Source of the DNA: Chiloscyllium plagiosum
Taxonomy: Eukaryota
Reading direction: 5' to 3'
NCBI RefSeq assembly: GCF_004010195.1
Contig: NC_057754.1
Location: 2,326,228-2,390,227 of the forward strand
DNA: 64,000 nucleotides
The position numbers and the translations under genes are program-made. Below the pieces are notes generated by a model, which made no database searches, was not told where the DNA came from, and saw only the letters and a list, made by a program, of their open reading frames with translations. Shown here piece by piece: positions 62,340 to 64,000 of the stretch (within the stretch, counting starts at the first letter, position 1; each line of letters opens with the position of its first letter).

Positions 62340-64000
62340 ACAATTTTTAACATTACAAACATTGACTGGGATTGCCATAGTGTTAAGGGTTGAGATGGAG
62401 AGGAATTTGTTACGTGTGTACAAGAAAGGTTTCTGAGTCAGTATGTGGATGTACCTACCTAGAGAAGGTGCAAACCTTGACCTACTCTTGAGAAATAAGG
62501 CAGGGCAGGTGACTGAGGTGTCAGTGAGGGCTTGGAAGATATAGAATGTAGGGAAATAAATGGTGACATCTTGAAAAATGTCCATATTACAGAGGAGGAA
62601 GTGCTTGAAACAGGTAAAGATGGATAAATCCCCAGGACTTGCTCAGGTGTATCATAGATCTCTGTGGAAAGCTAGAGAAGTAATTGCTGGGCCTCTTGCT
62701 GAGATATTTGTATCATCGATAGTCACAGGTGAGGTGCCGGAAGACTGGAGGTTAGCTAACATGGTACCACTATTTAAGAAAGTTGGTAAGGACAAGCCAG
62801 GGAACTGTATACCAATGAGCCTGATATCGGTGATGTGCAAGTTGTTGGAGGGAATCCTGAGGGACAGGATGTACATGTATTTGGAAAGGCAAGGACTGAT
62901 TAGGGATAGTCAATATGGCTTTGTGCGTGGGAAATCATGTCTGACAAACTTGATTGAGTTTTTTGAAGAAGTAACAAAGAGGATTGATGAGGGCAGAGTG
63001 CTAGACGTGATCTGTATGGACTTCAGTAAGGCGTTCGACAAGGTTCCCCATGGGAGACTGGTGACCAAGGTTAGATCTCATGGAATACAGGGAGAACTAG
63101 CCATTCGGATACAGAACTGGCTCAAAGGTAGAAGGTGGTACTTGAGGGTTATTTTTCAGACTGATGGCCTGTGACCAGTGGAGTGTCACAAGGATCGGTG
63201 CTGGGTCCACTACTTTTCATCATTTATATAAATCATTTATATAAATGCAAGCATAAGAGGTATTGTTAGTAAGTTTGCAGATGACACCAAAATTGGAGGT
63301 GTAGTGGACAGCAAAGAAGGTTACCTCAGATTACAACAGGATCTTGACCAGATGGGACAATGGGCTGAGGAGTGGCAGATGGTGTTTAATTCAGATAAAT
63401 ATGAGGTGCTGCATTTTGGGAAAGCAAATCTTAACAGGACTTATACACTTAATGGTTAAGGTCCTAGGGAGTGTTGCTGAACAAAGAGACCTTGGAGTGC
63501 AGGTTCATAGCTCCTTGAAAGTGGAGTCGCAGGTAGATAGGATAGTGAAGGTGGTGTTTGGTATGCTTTCCTTTATTGGTCAGAATACGGAGTACAGGAG
63601 TTGGGAGGTCATATTGTGGCTGTACAAGCCATTGGTTAGGCTCCTGTTGGAATATTGCATGCAATTCTGGTCTCCGTCCTACCGAAAAGATGTGAAACTT
63701 GAAAGGGTTCAGAAAAGATTTACAAGGATGTGCCAGGGTTGGAGGTTTTGTGTTATAGGGAGGGGCTGAATAGCTTGGGGCTGTTTTGCCTGGAGCATCG
63801 GAGGCAGAGGGGTGACCTTATAGAGGTTTATAAAATCATGAGGGCCGTGGGATAGGGTAAATAGACAAAGTCTTTTCCCGAGGTGGGGGAGTCCAGAACT
63901 GGAGGGCATAGGTTTAGGCTGAGAGGGGAAAGATACAACAGAGACCTAAGGAGCAACATTTTCACGCAGACGATAGTGCCTGTATGGAATGAGCTGCCAG
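62340..64000 (+). mobile_element. CR1/HER1-type LINE ORF2 (RT), frameshifted, runs off the window end
   Basis: ORF 62578-63174: DKSPG...EDWRLANMVPLFKK...SQYGFVRGKSCLTNLIEFFE...DFSKAFDKVPH, then GV.QGSVLGP and SKFADDTK. Confidence 0.95.

Noticed and set aside
62578..63174. Functional reverse transcriptase gene
   Set aside because: Frameshifts and stops downstream and a deletion upstream; a decayed CR1 copy.

Overview
Repeat-dense vertebrate DNA, almost certainly shark/elasmobranch: it carries HE1-type tRNA SINEs sharing their 3' end with CR1/HER1-type LINEs, Deu-domain SINE relics, and Rex1 and RTE fragments. The only host coding exon I can support is a 119-nt macrodomain exon (41994-42112, +; YVIHTVGPI...SCY..SL...LRTI; MACROD1/MACROD2 family), so the window is probably intronic to that gene. 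The most striking structure is a dense set of Penelope-like element (PLE) derivatives from at least six sequence families. Each family carries a minimal type I hammerhead ribozyme motif (CUGANGA-stem II-GAAA-palindromic ACGU/AGCU-H), with covarying stems across families. Many copies are asymmetric fold-back insertions inside a single target-site duplication (TSD), where one arm lacks the last ~35-45 nt. Fold points, 5' truncations and several nested insertions cluster at the hammerhead. One fold-back (57101-59051, perfect 20-bp TSD) encloses ~1 kb of unrelated genomic DNA. An HE1 SINE head-to-head dimer inside one TSD, several minisatellites and a 609-N gap are also present. Repeat boundaries were read by eye and are approximate unless a TSD is quoted.
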